Shown here: in pieces, positions 55,868 to 64,000 of the stretch
Position numbering within the stretch: the first letter of the stretch is position 1
How the letters are laid out: each line of letters begins with the position of its first letter
Assembly (NCBI GenBank): GCA_027459725.1
Contig: DAIDHK010000001.1
Span: forward strand, 195,411-259,410
Reading direction: 5' to 3'
DNA from: Candidatus Levyibacteriota bacterium
GTDB taxonomy: Bacteria > Patescibacteriota > Microgenomatia > Levybacterales > UBA12049
Length of the DNA: 64,000 nucleotides
The notes under the pieces: model-generated
What the model saw: only the letters and a program-made list of their open reading frames with translations
Databases searched by the model: none
What the model was told of the DNA's origin: nothing
Translations under genes and position numbers: made by a program

Positions 55868-57052
55868 TTAACATGCGTATTCTGTAGAACCTTTACAGGA
55901 AGGACAATGTATTTTCCCACCCTTTATAATTGCATCTACGTCTTTTGCCTTACAAAGAGGACATTCATTACATTTTAATGTTCTTTCACCACTTAAGGAG
56001 GATGCCATTCCGCCTGGAACATAACCAAAAGCCATTTTTGCCTGCTCATCGCCAAAACCAACTCCTGCGCCACAACTTCCTCCAGCCGATGCCACATTAG
56101 TTAAAAAACCTGAGCCAATTTTATTTTTAGACAATGTTTTGCTTAATGACTGTTGGATATTTTGGGCATATTGCTTAAAGTAATTAGTAATAAATGCTTG
56201 AGACATTTGAGGATCGTTTAATAACAACATCTGAAAAATTCGTTCCAACATCCACTCATTATCTTGCAAAATCTTCTCGAATTCTTTAACTTTTGTCTCA
56301 TCCCCCATGTCGGCACCTGATTTGTTCTCCAATTGTTTTATTTTTGCTTCAATATCACGAGGAGATAAACCATAATTAACTTTTATTAGCGTAGATAAAA
56401 GTTCTAACGAAGAAGGAGTGTCTGTAAATATTTTCTTACCTACTAAATCTTCCAGTAATTCTTTTTGCACGTTATTCTCTAAATTATTTTTAACATCCCT
56501 ACCTTTTAAAACTTTAACGACTTTTGATTTACCACCCTCATTCAAAACTAATTCATCCACCTCATAAACATGCGTCATCGTATAGCCCCCATATATTTCT
56601 CCATTTAATCCTTCATTTTCCGGAGGAGGACTTGTCCAAATAAAAACATCCCCTTTGCGGGATTGGGATAAAGGTTCAGAGAATTTTTTAGTCACTTCAT
56701 GTTCCACAAGCCTTCTTTTTTTTTCATATTCTGGCACATCTTGTTCTAATGCTTTTTGAGATGCGTCATCAGCATAGCCAAATGACGGATGATATAAACG
56801 CGTATTTCCATTATCATTTACAATATGCCATAGATAATGAGTTGTCTGTATGCCGCCTATATATTCTTTCGCCCAATATTGTGCGTTTTGCATGAATCCA
56901 TCTCTGGCTAACTTTATTTGTCTTTCATCTTTGGAACCCATCGCTTCTAACGCGCGATCTCTTTCATGTGATAAGTTAAAAGACAAATGATTAGTGCTTT
57001 TAATTTCAGAGGTAGATGGTAGGGGTCGTTTTGCTTCAATTGTTTGTAGCAT
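55868..57052 (-). CDS. Hypothetical protein with C-terminal double CxxC zinc ribbon
   Basis: 394 aa; C-terminus CNECPLCKAKDVDAIIKGGKIHCPSCKGSTEYAC and Gly-rich GGSCGAGVGFGDE segment; start 4 nt after pduO stop. Confidence 0.5.
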   Translation of the reverse strand: MLQTIEAKRPLPSTSEIKSTNHLSFNLSHERDRALEAMGSKDERQIKLARDGFMQNAQYWAKEYIGGIQTTHYLWHIVNDNGNTRLYHPSFGYADDASQKALEQDVPEYEKKRRLVEHEVTKKFSEPLSQSRKGDVFIWTSPPPENEGLNGEIYGGYTMTHVYEVDELVLNEGGKSKVVKVLKGRDVKNNLENNVQKELLEDLVGKKIFTDTPSSLELLSTLIKVNYGLSPRDIEAKIKQLENKSGADMGDETKVKEFEKILQDNEWMLERIFQMLLLNDPQMSQAFITNYFKQYAQNIQQSLSKTLSKNKIGSGFLTNVASAGGSCGAGVGFGDEQAKMAFGYVPGGMASSLSGERTLKCNECPLCKAKDVDAIIKGGKIHCPSCKGSTEYAC

Positions 57053-57055
57053 ATA

Positions 57056-57613
57056 TTATAATCTCCAAATCTTTTCTCTTTGTTTTTCAATATGATTTAC
57101 AAATCTTGCAGCAGTAAATAAAAAATCTGATAGGCGATTGAAATAACTGATAATTAAATCCTCTATCTCCTCAGTCTGTTTAAGTTCTACAATTCTTCTT
57201 TCTGCTCTACGGCAGATTGTGCGAGCTAAGTGTAGTTGTGCACCTGCTAAACCACCTCCTGGTAAAATAAAATTTTTTAATTCAGGTAATTGCTCTGTTA
57301 TATCATCAATTACTTTTTCAAATTGTTTAATTCGCTTTTCTAACTGTGGTAAGGAAGGATTCTGCGGATTAGCCAAGGTCGACCCAATGGTAAATAAATC
57401 ATTTTGCACTTGCTCCAACTTACCAATTATTTCCATCATATTGTTATTGGATTTGGTTTTACTACCCACACTAATTGCTATACCTATTACAGAATTTAAC
57501 TCGTCTACTGTGCCATATGTCTCAACTCGTAAATCAAACTTATTTACTCTCTTGCCTCCAAACAATGATGTTTTGCCTTTATCACCAGTCTTAGTATAAA
57601 TTTTATTTTTCAT
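57056..57613 (-). CDS. pduO: ATP:cob(I)alamin adenosyltransferase, PduO type
   Basis: IYTKTGDKGKTSLFGGKRV...RVETYGTVDELNSVIG N-terminal signature of PduO/MMAB family; 185 aa. Confidence 0.85.
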   Translation of the reverse strand: MKNKIYTKTGDKGKTSLFGGKRVNKFDLRVETYGTVDELNSVIGIAISVGSKTKSNNNMMEIIGKLEQVQNDLFTIGSTLANPQNPSLPQLEKRIKQFEKVIDDITEQLPELKNFILPGGGLAGAQLHLARTICRRAERRIVELKQTEEIEDLIISYFNRLSDFLFTAARFVNHIEKQREKIWRL

Positions 57614-58178
57614 GACTATTTTCCTCTGGGTTAATACTTAGATATATGCGTTGTTTAAACCAGGGTTTAATTACTAATTCATAACTGCTAAAAAATAATC
57701 CTATGTATAGTAGATATCCCATAATTGTATTGCGGAAAAAAGGTAAGGCTAAAATATAACAATTAAATAGCCCACTTAGTGTATGCGGATAAAAACTGGT
57801 GGTTAACCAGACACCAAAATTAGTAATAATGAAAAATTGTAAAGACGATAATAAAGTTATACCGACAATATTAGCCTTTGTTTTATATCTTCTAATCCAT
57901 AGCCCTAATAAACCCGTAATCAAAAAACTCCCATAAACAAATGGCATTTGCCAATAAAAACCCAAAAAAATATCAGAAATAAATAAACCAATTAATGGAA
58001 GTGATAATGCATACTTTTTATTTAGATAGACTCCTGAGAACAACATTATTGCGGTAAGAGGAGACATGTTTGGAGGATGCGGTAGAAGCCTGGCTATTAC
58101 TACTAATATAATTAGTATAAATGAATTAACTATTTTATTTTTATCTATTAATTTCTTTGCTCGAAGTAATTTCTCCAT
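57603..58178 (-). CDS. Small polytopic membrane protein, candidate cobalamin ECF-type S component / B12 uptake protein
   Basis: About 190 aa with about 6 TM when started at internal ATG 58178 (MEKLLRAKK..., SD GGAGG 7 nt upstream); sandwiched between B12-dependent nrdJ and pduO and preceded by a cobalamin-riboswitch-like leader. Confidence 0.4.
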   Translation of the reverse strand: MEKLLRAKKLIDKNKIVNSFILIILVVIARLLPHPPNMSPLTAIMLFSGVYLNKKYALSLPLIGLFISDIFLGFYWQMPFVYGSFLITGLLGLWIRRYKTKANIVGITLLSSLQFFIITNFGVWLTTSFYPHTLSGLFNCYILALPFFRNTIMGYLLYIGLFFSSYELVIKPWFKQRIYLSINPEENSHEK

Positions 58179-58179
58179 A

Positions 58180-58320
58180 AAAAACCCTCCTAAGCGAGGG
58201 TTTTTGTCGATGCATAAACAAATTCCTGCTCGGGATAATATAAAACTATCTAGTTTTCTGTCTGTAACAGTAGCGGCACTGATGAGGATTTTCACCTCTA
58301 TTACCTAGATGTTTTTTAAT
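58180..58320 (-). promoter_or_regulatory. Candidate cobalamin riboswitch with SD-sequestering terminator hairpin
   Basis: Minus-strand leader contains GGTGAAAATCC (exact match to the most conserved cobalamin-riboswitch segment) followed by GCCGCTACTGTTA (B12-box GCCGCCACTGTAA-like) and ends in CCCTC-gcttag-GAGGG-TTTTTT, which pairs the SD and precedes a U-tract. Confidence 0.4.
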
Positions 58321-58327
58321 TTTAATG

Positions 58328-60778
58328 CTAACACTCACTATAGCCACAGCTATAGCATTTTTTGCAACCTTCTTCGTAAGCAAAACTGTATGTTTGGCAT
58401 TCCGGACACATATCAAACAAATTAGTCGTACTATGTTCCATTTTTACTGGTGTATCCGAAGTTAAACTAAGTTGCTGCGCAGAAGCTGCAACCGGCATAT
58501 CCACAGGCTGAGTAACTGAAGAACTAGCATGTCCATTAGTCAGACCGGTCGCTGCCAAGATTGGCTCAGCTTTCACAGCAGCAATCACTTCTTTATCTTC
58601 TACTTTACCATTAACTCTAAATTCAAAATGTCGAGCCAGAATTTTTGCCACTGCATCCGGCAACGAACGTACACGATTAGGACCAAAACCTACGGTACGC
58701 GCCCCTCCAATGCCAGTTAATTCAGATACTATCTCACGCACACGTTCACGCTGGGGAACTGGACTATGAATACGCAAGTTAAAAGAAATCATACGACCTA
58801 ATGCATCAGCCATGGCTGACACATCTGATCCAGATTTACCGTTGCTTATAAATACCTCAAATGGCTCATTCTTTTCATCGTGATTAATCGTTATATATGT
58901 ATTACCAACAGGACTCTGCGTTTTGTATGTCGTACCCATCAGCATCATAGGACGAGGAACTCTTGGTGTAGCAGGAATAGCTGGTTTAACTTCTTCTTTC
59001 TTCTCTTCTTTTTTATCTTCAATCCTCTCCAACACTCCCTGTCTGGATCCATCACGCATATAAGTAATACCTTTTAAACCCATATCATACGCCAGCATAT
59101 AAAGCGTTTTAACATCGTCTACGGTATGTGTCTTAGGAGCATTAACAGTCTTAGATATACTCGAATCAATATACTCCTGAGCTACTGCCTGTACTTTAGC
59201 ATGTTCTAATGGAGTCAAATCATTGGCACTGCAGAAATAATCAGGTTTGGCAGCAACGGGGTGATTTTTAATCCAGGCATCATAAAGAGGATGATACATA
59301 ACTTCCTCTCCACCTCTCCATTTGCGTAAAAAGGAAAATTCATAGACGGGCTCAATACCGGAGGACACACCTGCCACTAAACTGGTAGTACCAGTGGGAG
59401 CCACTGTTAATAAAACACCATTACGAATTCCTTGCTCACGAATCTTATCACGTAACTTCTTGGGTAAAGCCTTAATAAAATAACCCTGCAAATATTTCTC
59501 TTTATCAAATTTAGGGAAACTCCCCTTCTCAGCTGCAATATCACTTGATGCCTCATATGCACTATCTCGCAACGTCTGGAATATTTTCTCAACTACTGAA
59601 ATTGATTCTTCTGAGCCATAACGGACATGCATTTTAATTAATGCATCTCCCAAACCCATGATCCCCAACCCAGTTCTGCGTATATCCTTAGCTACTTTTT
59701 CATTCTCTGAGAAAAAATAATGAGTCTGCTCAATTACGTTATCCATAAAACGCATTGCTACCTTAACATCCTGGGCAAACTCTTTATAGTCAAACCAGCC
59801 AGCTTTTTCATTGGCTAAATCTGCATCTTTAACATAAGCTGATAAATTCATGGCTCCTAAATTACACACCGCCCAACCACTCAATGGCTGTTCTCCACAT
59901 GGATTAGTAGCTACTAATCTTTCAAAATACCAGGTATTCGAACGTTTATTTGATCTCTCTAAAAAATGCAAACCTGGCTCGGCAGATCTCCAAGCTGCTG
60001 TACAAATCAAATCCCATAAGTCACGCGCCTTGACTGTCTTATAAACTTTTAATTCTTTCCCTAAGGACTTCCACTGATCTAATTCTCCATTCCATTTGTC
60101 ATCGTAATCTGAATCGCTAGTATCAGGATAAACCAAATTCCAGTCTCTATCAGCTTTAACCGCTTCCATAAAAGCATCAGATACACAAACGGAAAGGTTA
60201 GCACCACTAATTTTGGTTAGATCTTCTTTAACTGTAATGAATTCCTCAATGTCCGGATGCCAGTCATTCAACATTAACATTGTTGCACCTCTTCGTGACC
60301 CTCCTTGTTGTACAATATCATGAGTAGCAACTGAGAATAGAGTAGCCCAATTGACTGGACCGGAAGAAGTACCATTTACCTTCTTAACCCTGGCACCCTT
60401 GGGACGAAGGGAAGAAAGATTAAGTCCCACCCCTCCTGAGCGAGCTTGAATTTCAACCAATTGCCCCAGAGATTCTAAAATCCCATGACGGGAATCTTTC
60501 GGAGAGGGAATAACAAAACAATTGAAGTAAGTAACTTGGAAACCAGTACCTGCACCTGATAAAATACGCCCACCGGGAACGAACTTGAAGTCTGACATAA
60601 CATTATAAAATTCTTCTTCCCAGTGCTCACGATCTTTAGCCTTTTCACTTTGGGAAATTCCTCTAGCCACTCTCCTCCATGTTTCTTCTGGGGTATGTTC
60701 TATTAAATTACCCTCCTTATCCTTCAGAGCGTAACGGTCTAAAAATACTTTTCCTCTAATTCCATCAAGTTTCACCAT
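58328..60778 (-). CDS. nrdJ: Adenosylcobalamin-dependent (class II) ribonucleotide reductase with C-terminal zinc-ribbon tail
   Basis: 816 aa; RNR ten-stranded barrel motifs (NPCGEQPL active-site Cys loop), no class I radical-subunit partner nearby; C-terminal CPECQ...CKKCYSCGYSEC. Confidence 0.9.
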   Translation of the reverse strand: MVKLDGIRGKVFLDRYALKDKEGNLIEHTPEETWRRVARGISQSEKAKDREHWEEEFYNVMSDFKFVPGGRILSGAGTGFQVTYFNCFVIPSPKDSRHGILESLGQLVEIQARSGGVGLNLSSLRPKGARVKKVNGTSSGPVNWATLFSVATHDIVQQGGSRRGATMLMLNDWHPDIEEFITVKEDLTKISGANLSVCVSDAFMEAVKADRDWNLVYPDTSDSDYDDKWNGELDQWKSLGKELKVYKTVKARDLWDLICTAAWRSAEPGLHFLERSNKRSNTWYFERLVATNPCGEQPLSGWAVCNLGAMNLSAYVKDADLANEKAGWFDYKEFAQDVKVAMRFMDNVIEQTHYFFSENEKVAKDIRRTGLGIMGLGDALIKMHVRYGSEESISVVEKIFQTLRDSAYEASSDIAAEKGSFPKFDKEKYLQGYFIKALPKKLRDKIREQGIRNGVLLTVAPTGTTSLVAGVSSGIEPVYEFSFLRKWRGGEEVMYHPLYDAWIKNHPVAAKPDYFCSANDLTPLEHAKVQAVAQEYIDSSISKTVNAPKTHTVDDVKTLYMLAYDMGLKGITYMRDGSRQGVLERIEDKKEEKKEEVKPAIPATPRVPRPMMLMGTTYKTQSPVGNTYITINHDEKNEPFEVFISNGKSGSDVSAMADALGRMISFNLRIHSPVPQRERVREIVSELTGIGGARTVGFGPNRVRSLPDAVAKILARHFEFRVNGKVEDKEVIAAVKAEPILAATGLTNGHASSSVTQPVDMPVAASAQQLSLTSDTPVKMEHSTTNLFDMCPECQTYSFAYEEGCKKCYSCGYSEC

Positions 60779-60779
60779 A

Positions 60780-61274
60780 TTATTTATCTTTTTTATTTAA
60801 TCTGTTTCTTTTATTAAATACTTGTAGTTCTTTTTCAAAATCTTCCGCATCTACAAAACGTTTAAATACACTAGCAAATCGAATATAAGCCACCTTATCC
60901 AGCGCTTTAAGACGTTTCGCAACTAATTTGCCAATCAATCTGCTATCTATCTCAACAGTGTCTCCATTCCTTAATTCTCTTGTTACCTCTGCTACTAATT
61001 TATTTATCTCTTCAACACCAATTGTCGTTTTTCCACAAGCCTTAATGATTCCTGAGCGTAGTTTTTCAATATTATATGGCTCTTTCTTCCCATCTCTCTT
61101 GATTACAGTTAAATGAACATTCTCAACTCTTTCGTAACTGGTATATCTTTTTTCACATTGTAGACAAAGTCTTCTGCGTCTAATAGTATCGTTGTCTTCA
61201 TTATCCCTGGTTTCAATCACCTCAGATTTAGTATGTCCGCAATATGGGCAATGCATAAAGAATTTAGAACTCAA
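60780..61274 (-). CDS. nrdR: Transcriptional repressor NrdR (zinc ribbon + ATP-cone)
   Basis: MHCPYCGH...RRRRLCLQCEKRYTSYERVE N-terminal signature; 164 aa; 1 nt upstream of nrdJ. Confidence 0.9.
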   Translation of the reverse strand: MSSKFFMHCPYCGHTKSEVIETRDNEDNDTIRRRRLCLQCEKRYTSYERVENVHLTVIKRDGKKEPYNIEKLRSGIIKACGKTTIGVEEINKLVAEVTRELRNGDTVEIDSRLIGKLVAKRLKALDKVAYIRFASVFKRFVDAEDFEKELQVFNKRNRLNKKDK

Positions 61275-61465
61275 AATTGCCTACCTTTATTCTGAACTCT
61301 GAATGCTAGTTTTCCGAATTCATCTATTTAGTGTACACAAATAGGATATTGCACTACGGGTAAACAGTCAATATATCATAATATATCGTTTTTCAGCTTA
61401 GCTTCAACTTCTTATTTAAAATATATGTAAGAAAATTATTATGGGTAGTAAATCTTAGCTAAAAA

Positions 61466-62032
61466 CTATTTAGTTAATGAACTAGCCTGTCGAATAAGTT
61501 GCACAACATTCTGTTCTAGAATTTTCAATTCCTGTTGCTGTGAAGATGGAACTAAATTATCTAAGCTATGCAGGACTTCTTCGTGTTTTCTAGTTGCCAA
61601 GTTAAGATTCCTTATTACCTCGCTAGTATCCTCATGCTGAGACCTAGCGACTTGGACTTTTGACAATGCATCGCTCATATAATTCTCCCCTTTAGAAATT
61701 GTTGACAGTGCAAGTACCGCATTGTTTTTGTTTTCCTGTAATAAAAACACACCCATCTGCAATCTTTTATTGGCCATTAAGAGATCAAATTGAGTTTTTT
61801 TTAAAGGATCAGAGATCATCCAACTGTAAATATTGTCGCGTAGAGTTTTTAAAAAATATAATGGATTGTCAGGTAGAATACCCGGGTATGGCAAAGTATA
61901 ATTAACAGGAGTTGGAGATGGAGTCATAACAGCTGGAAGAGATACAACCACTGAGGGAGTTTGTGCAAAAACATTTTGATTCGAAACAAAAACTAATACA
62001 AACAAGGAGATAACTAAGCCAAGATATTTCAT
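61466..62032 (-). CDS. Secreted DUF5667-like protein
   Basis: Signal peptide; PYPGILPDNPLYFLK motif shared with the 910-aa surface protein; helical C-terminus. Confidence 0.5.
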   Translation of the reverse strand: MKYLGLVISLFVLVFVSNQNVFAQTPSVVVSLPAVMTPSPTPVNYTLPYPGILPDNPLYFLKTLRDNIYSWMISDPLKKTQFDLLMANKRLQMGVFLLQENKNNAVLALSTISKGENYMSDALSKVQVARSQHEDTSEVIRNLNLATRKHEEVLHSLDNLVPSSQQQELKILEQNVVQLIRQASSLTK

Positions 62033-62106
62033 ATATTATGAGCAAAGTATACTCTACGCGAGATGATATTTCAATGATAATTAATCTATGAGAATGATAT
62101 AAGACT

Positions 62107-62688
62107 CTAAGAGTGAAATCCGATATGCTGAAGAACGTATTCCAGACTATCCTGTTTATTAAGAAAATATGTATTTACTATCAAATCATAGTATTTTTTA
62201 TCCCAATAAACCCAATCAGGATCATGAGGTACGTACATTCTGCGCCATTTTTCTAAATTACCTGCTTCCCGTTCTTTAATCTCCCTTTTTGCATCATGTA
62301 CCGATATTCCCTTGCGGTTTACTAACCTATCAACTCTAATTTCTGTTTGGTCTTTACCTTCCTTATCATTACAAAGAGTCAATATTTTATAAACATTCTC
62401 TATGCCCTGAGCTTTAAATCCTGCTAGATGTGATTGTACAACATAGTGCTGATCATATCTCAAAATATGTTGCATATGTTCGTCAAACTCCCTATCTAAT
62501 TCGTCAGGACGCAGGTTAACATTTACTTCATTTTTGCCTATCTGTTTAAAAAAATCGTCATTGTATTGACTGCCATCCAAAAATTTCCATTGTAAAACTT
62601 CTGCTAATTGTTTGGCCAACGTAGTTGCCCCGGTAGCAATTCGGCCTGTTACTGTAATATTACGAATATCGGGAAATTCAATCGGCAT
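62107..62688 (-). CDS. P-loop kinase-fold protein with degenerate Walker A (Lys replaced)
   Basis: N-terminal ITVTGRIATGATTLAKQLAE resembles nucleotide/nucleoside-monophosphate kinase P-loop but reads G-x4-G-A-T-T. Confidence 0.35.
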   Translation of the reverse strand: MPIEFPDIRNITVTGRIATGATTLAKQLAEVLQWKFLDGSQYNDDFFKQIGKNEVNVNLRPDELDREFDEHMQHILRYDQHYVVQSHLAGFKAQGIENVYKILTLCNDKEGKDQTEIRVDRLVNRKGISVHDAKREIKEREAGNLEKWRRMYVPHDPDWVYWDKKYYDLIVNTYFLNKQDSLEYVLQHIGFHS

Positions 62689-62753
62689 ATTTATGATTTA
62701 AACAAAAAAAAAGAATAAACAAATAAAATATTTAACTTATATATCTTGTTTGT

Positions 62754-63806
62754 TTATTCACTAGGTTTTAGTTGACTACCCACTAGCAAGCATAATTCAA
62801 CTAAGCGGTTGGCATACCCATACTCATTATCATACCAGGCTATTACCTTAAGCATATTGCCACCGACAACCTGCGTCAAGGATAAATCCGCAATTGAAGA
62901 ATGCGAGTTTCCAATGATGTCTGAAGAGACTACCGGATCATGAGTAGTCATCAAAACACCTTGATAATTCGGCTGTGCAGCTGCTTGTTCTAAAGTATTA
63001 TTAACCTCCTCAACTGTAACCTCTCTATTAAGTAAAAATGTAAAATCAGATAAAGATCCTACAGGTACTGGAACTCTGATTGATAAACCTGCAAACTTAT
63101 TCTGTAAGGCTGGTAAAGCTTTCCCTGCAGCAATAGTAGCACCTGTACTTGTAGGAATAATATTCTCCGTTGCGGCTCTAGCTCTGCGATAATCTTTATG
63201 TCCACCATCCTGTAAGCGCTGATCTGAGGTATAACCGTGAATTGTTGTCATCATGGCTTTTTGAATACCAAATGCTTCCTCAATTATTCTCGCCACAGGT
63301 GTAATACAATTAGTTGTACAAGAAGCATTGTTTACTAACTTCTCACCATGATATTTATCATCATTTACGGAAATAACGTAAGTAGGAGTATCATCCTTAG
63401 CAGGAGCAGAAAGAACTACCGACTTAGCTCCTGCAGTAATATGTGCTTGCATTTTTTCACTAGTTGTAAAATGCCCTGTCGATTCTATGACTAAATCAAC
63501 ATTTAAGTCCTTCCAGGGAAGAAGAGTTGGATCTTTTTGAGAATAAACTGCTATCGGTTTATTATTGATGATTAATTGTCCTAGAAAATCTTTTTTATTT
63601 TCGTCAGTATTAGGAGTTATACTCATCTCTGCTTCAAGAGGACCATAAACAGTGTCATACTTAAGTAGATACATCCAACCCTTCAAATCTGTTGAAGAAC
63701 CGGCATTGATAGCCACTACTTCAATTTCTTCATTATGCCACTGTAGAATGATGCGATGTGCCATTCTACCAATTCGTCCATAACCATTTATTGCAACTTG
63801 CAACAT
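62754..63806 (-). CDS. gap: Glyceraldehyde-3-phosphate dehydrogenase, type I
   Basis: INGYGRIGR NAD-binding N-terminus and ASCTTNC catalytic-Cys motif. Confidence 0.95.
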   Translation of the reverse strand: MLQVAINGYGRIGRMAHRIILQWHNEEIEVVAINAGSSTDLKGWMYLLKYDTVYGPLEAEMSITPNTDENKKDFLGQLIINNKPIAVYSQKDPTLLPWKDLNVDLVIESTGHFTTSEKMQAHITAGAKSVVLSAPAKDDTPTYVISVNDDKYHGEKLVNNASCTTNCITPVARIIEEAFGIQKAMMTTIHGYTSDQRLQDGGHKDYRRARAATENIIPTSTGATIAAGKALPALQNKFAGLSIRVPVPVGSLSDFTFLLNREVTVEEVNNTLEQAAAQPNYQGVLMTTHDPVVSSDIIGNSHSSIADLSLTQVVGGNMLKVIAWYDNEYGYANRLVELCLLVGSQLKPSE

Positions 63807-63886
63807 ATATTATATTCAGTATATACATCATTTACCAATTAGACAAGAGGAAAAATATTTCTCACTCTAAGTAGGTACAAGATCTA

Positions 63887-64000
63887 CTATCCATATAACT
63901 GGAGAGAACTCAACATGTGTTGGAAAATATATATTGTTTCTGAAGAATTAGCGGTAGCACCGATACCAAAGTAGTAATTGCCATATCTTATAATGGCTGC
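63887..64000 (-). CDS. 3' end of an unidentified minus-strand gene entering from beyond the window
   Basis: Open frame ...AAIIRYGNYYFGIGATANSSETIYIFQHMLSSLQLYG-stop ending at 63887; too short to assign. Confidence 0.2.
   Translation of the reverse strand, partial: AAIIRYGNYYFGIGATANSSETIYIFQHMLSSLQLYG

Overview
This is an AT-rich bacterial chromosomal segment (by eye roughly two-thirds A+T) that uses the standard genetic code, with UGA serving as a stop codon. It is gene-dense and mostly read on the minus strand.

The conserved backbone is a complete S10 ribosomal-protein operon, which enters the spc operon at a type-Z S14, plus the translation factors tuf and fusA and the glycolytic genes gap and tpiA. 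Two accessory blocks interrupt the normally contiguous fusA-tuf-S10 region. They carry a giant Asn/Ser/Thr- and Cys-rich surface protein, a proline iminopeptidase, a GH18-like hydrolase, two decayed methyltransferase copies, and a lipid module. The lipid module combines a CarS-like (archaeal CDP-archaeol synthase family, DUF46) membrane protein with a CDP-alcohol phosphatidyltransferase, a DAG-kinase-like lipid kinase and a PHP phosphoesterase.

Further notable regions:
- A glycosylation island: an FAD oxidoreductase, three GT-C-fold membrane glycosyltransferases (two of them paralogs sharing an HPDER motif), an NAD-dependent epimerase and a YYY-motif (DUF2298-like) membrane protein.
- An N-domain-less clpB preceded by a CIRCE-like inverted repeat.
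- A LexA-centred DNA-maintenance cluster: a LexA-box-like site, lexA, a MazG-like gene, a frameshifted NUDIX gene and a family-4 UDG.
- An orphan multi-TM GAF histidine kinase and sodA.
- A minus-strand tRNA with anticodon UAU (tRNA-Ile reading AUA).
- An operon encoding a Zn-ribbon protein, an acidic disordered protein and a membrane-anchored VirD4/TraG-like ATPase.
- A coenzyme-B12 module: nrdR, class II nrdJ, a candidate cobalamin riboswitch, an ECF-S-like membrane protein and a PduO adenosyltransferase.

The ribosomal-protein extensions, the DUF5667-like secreted proteins, the many GT-C membrane glycosyltransferases, the CarS homolog and the reduced gene set are all compatible with an uncultivated small-genome lineage such as CPR/Patescibacteria. 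This is inference from sequence features only. No CRISPR array, rRNA gene or obvious transposase was seen.
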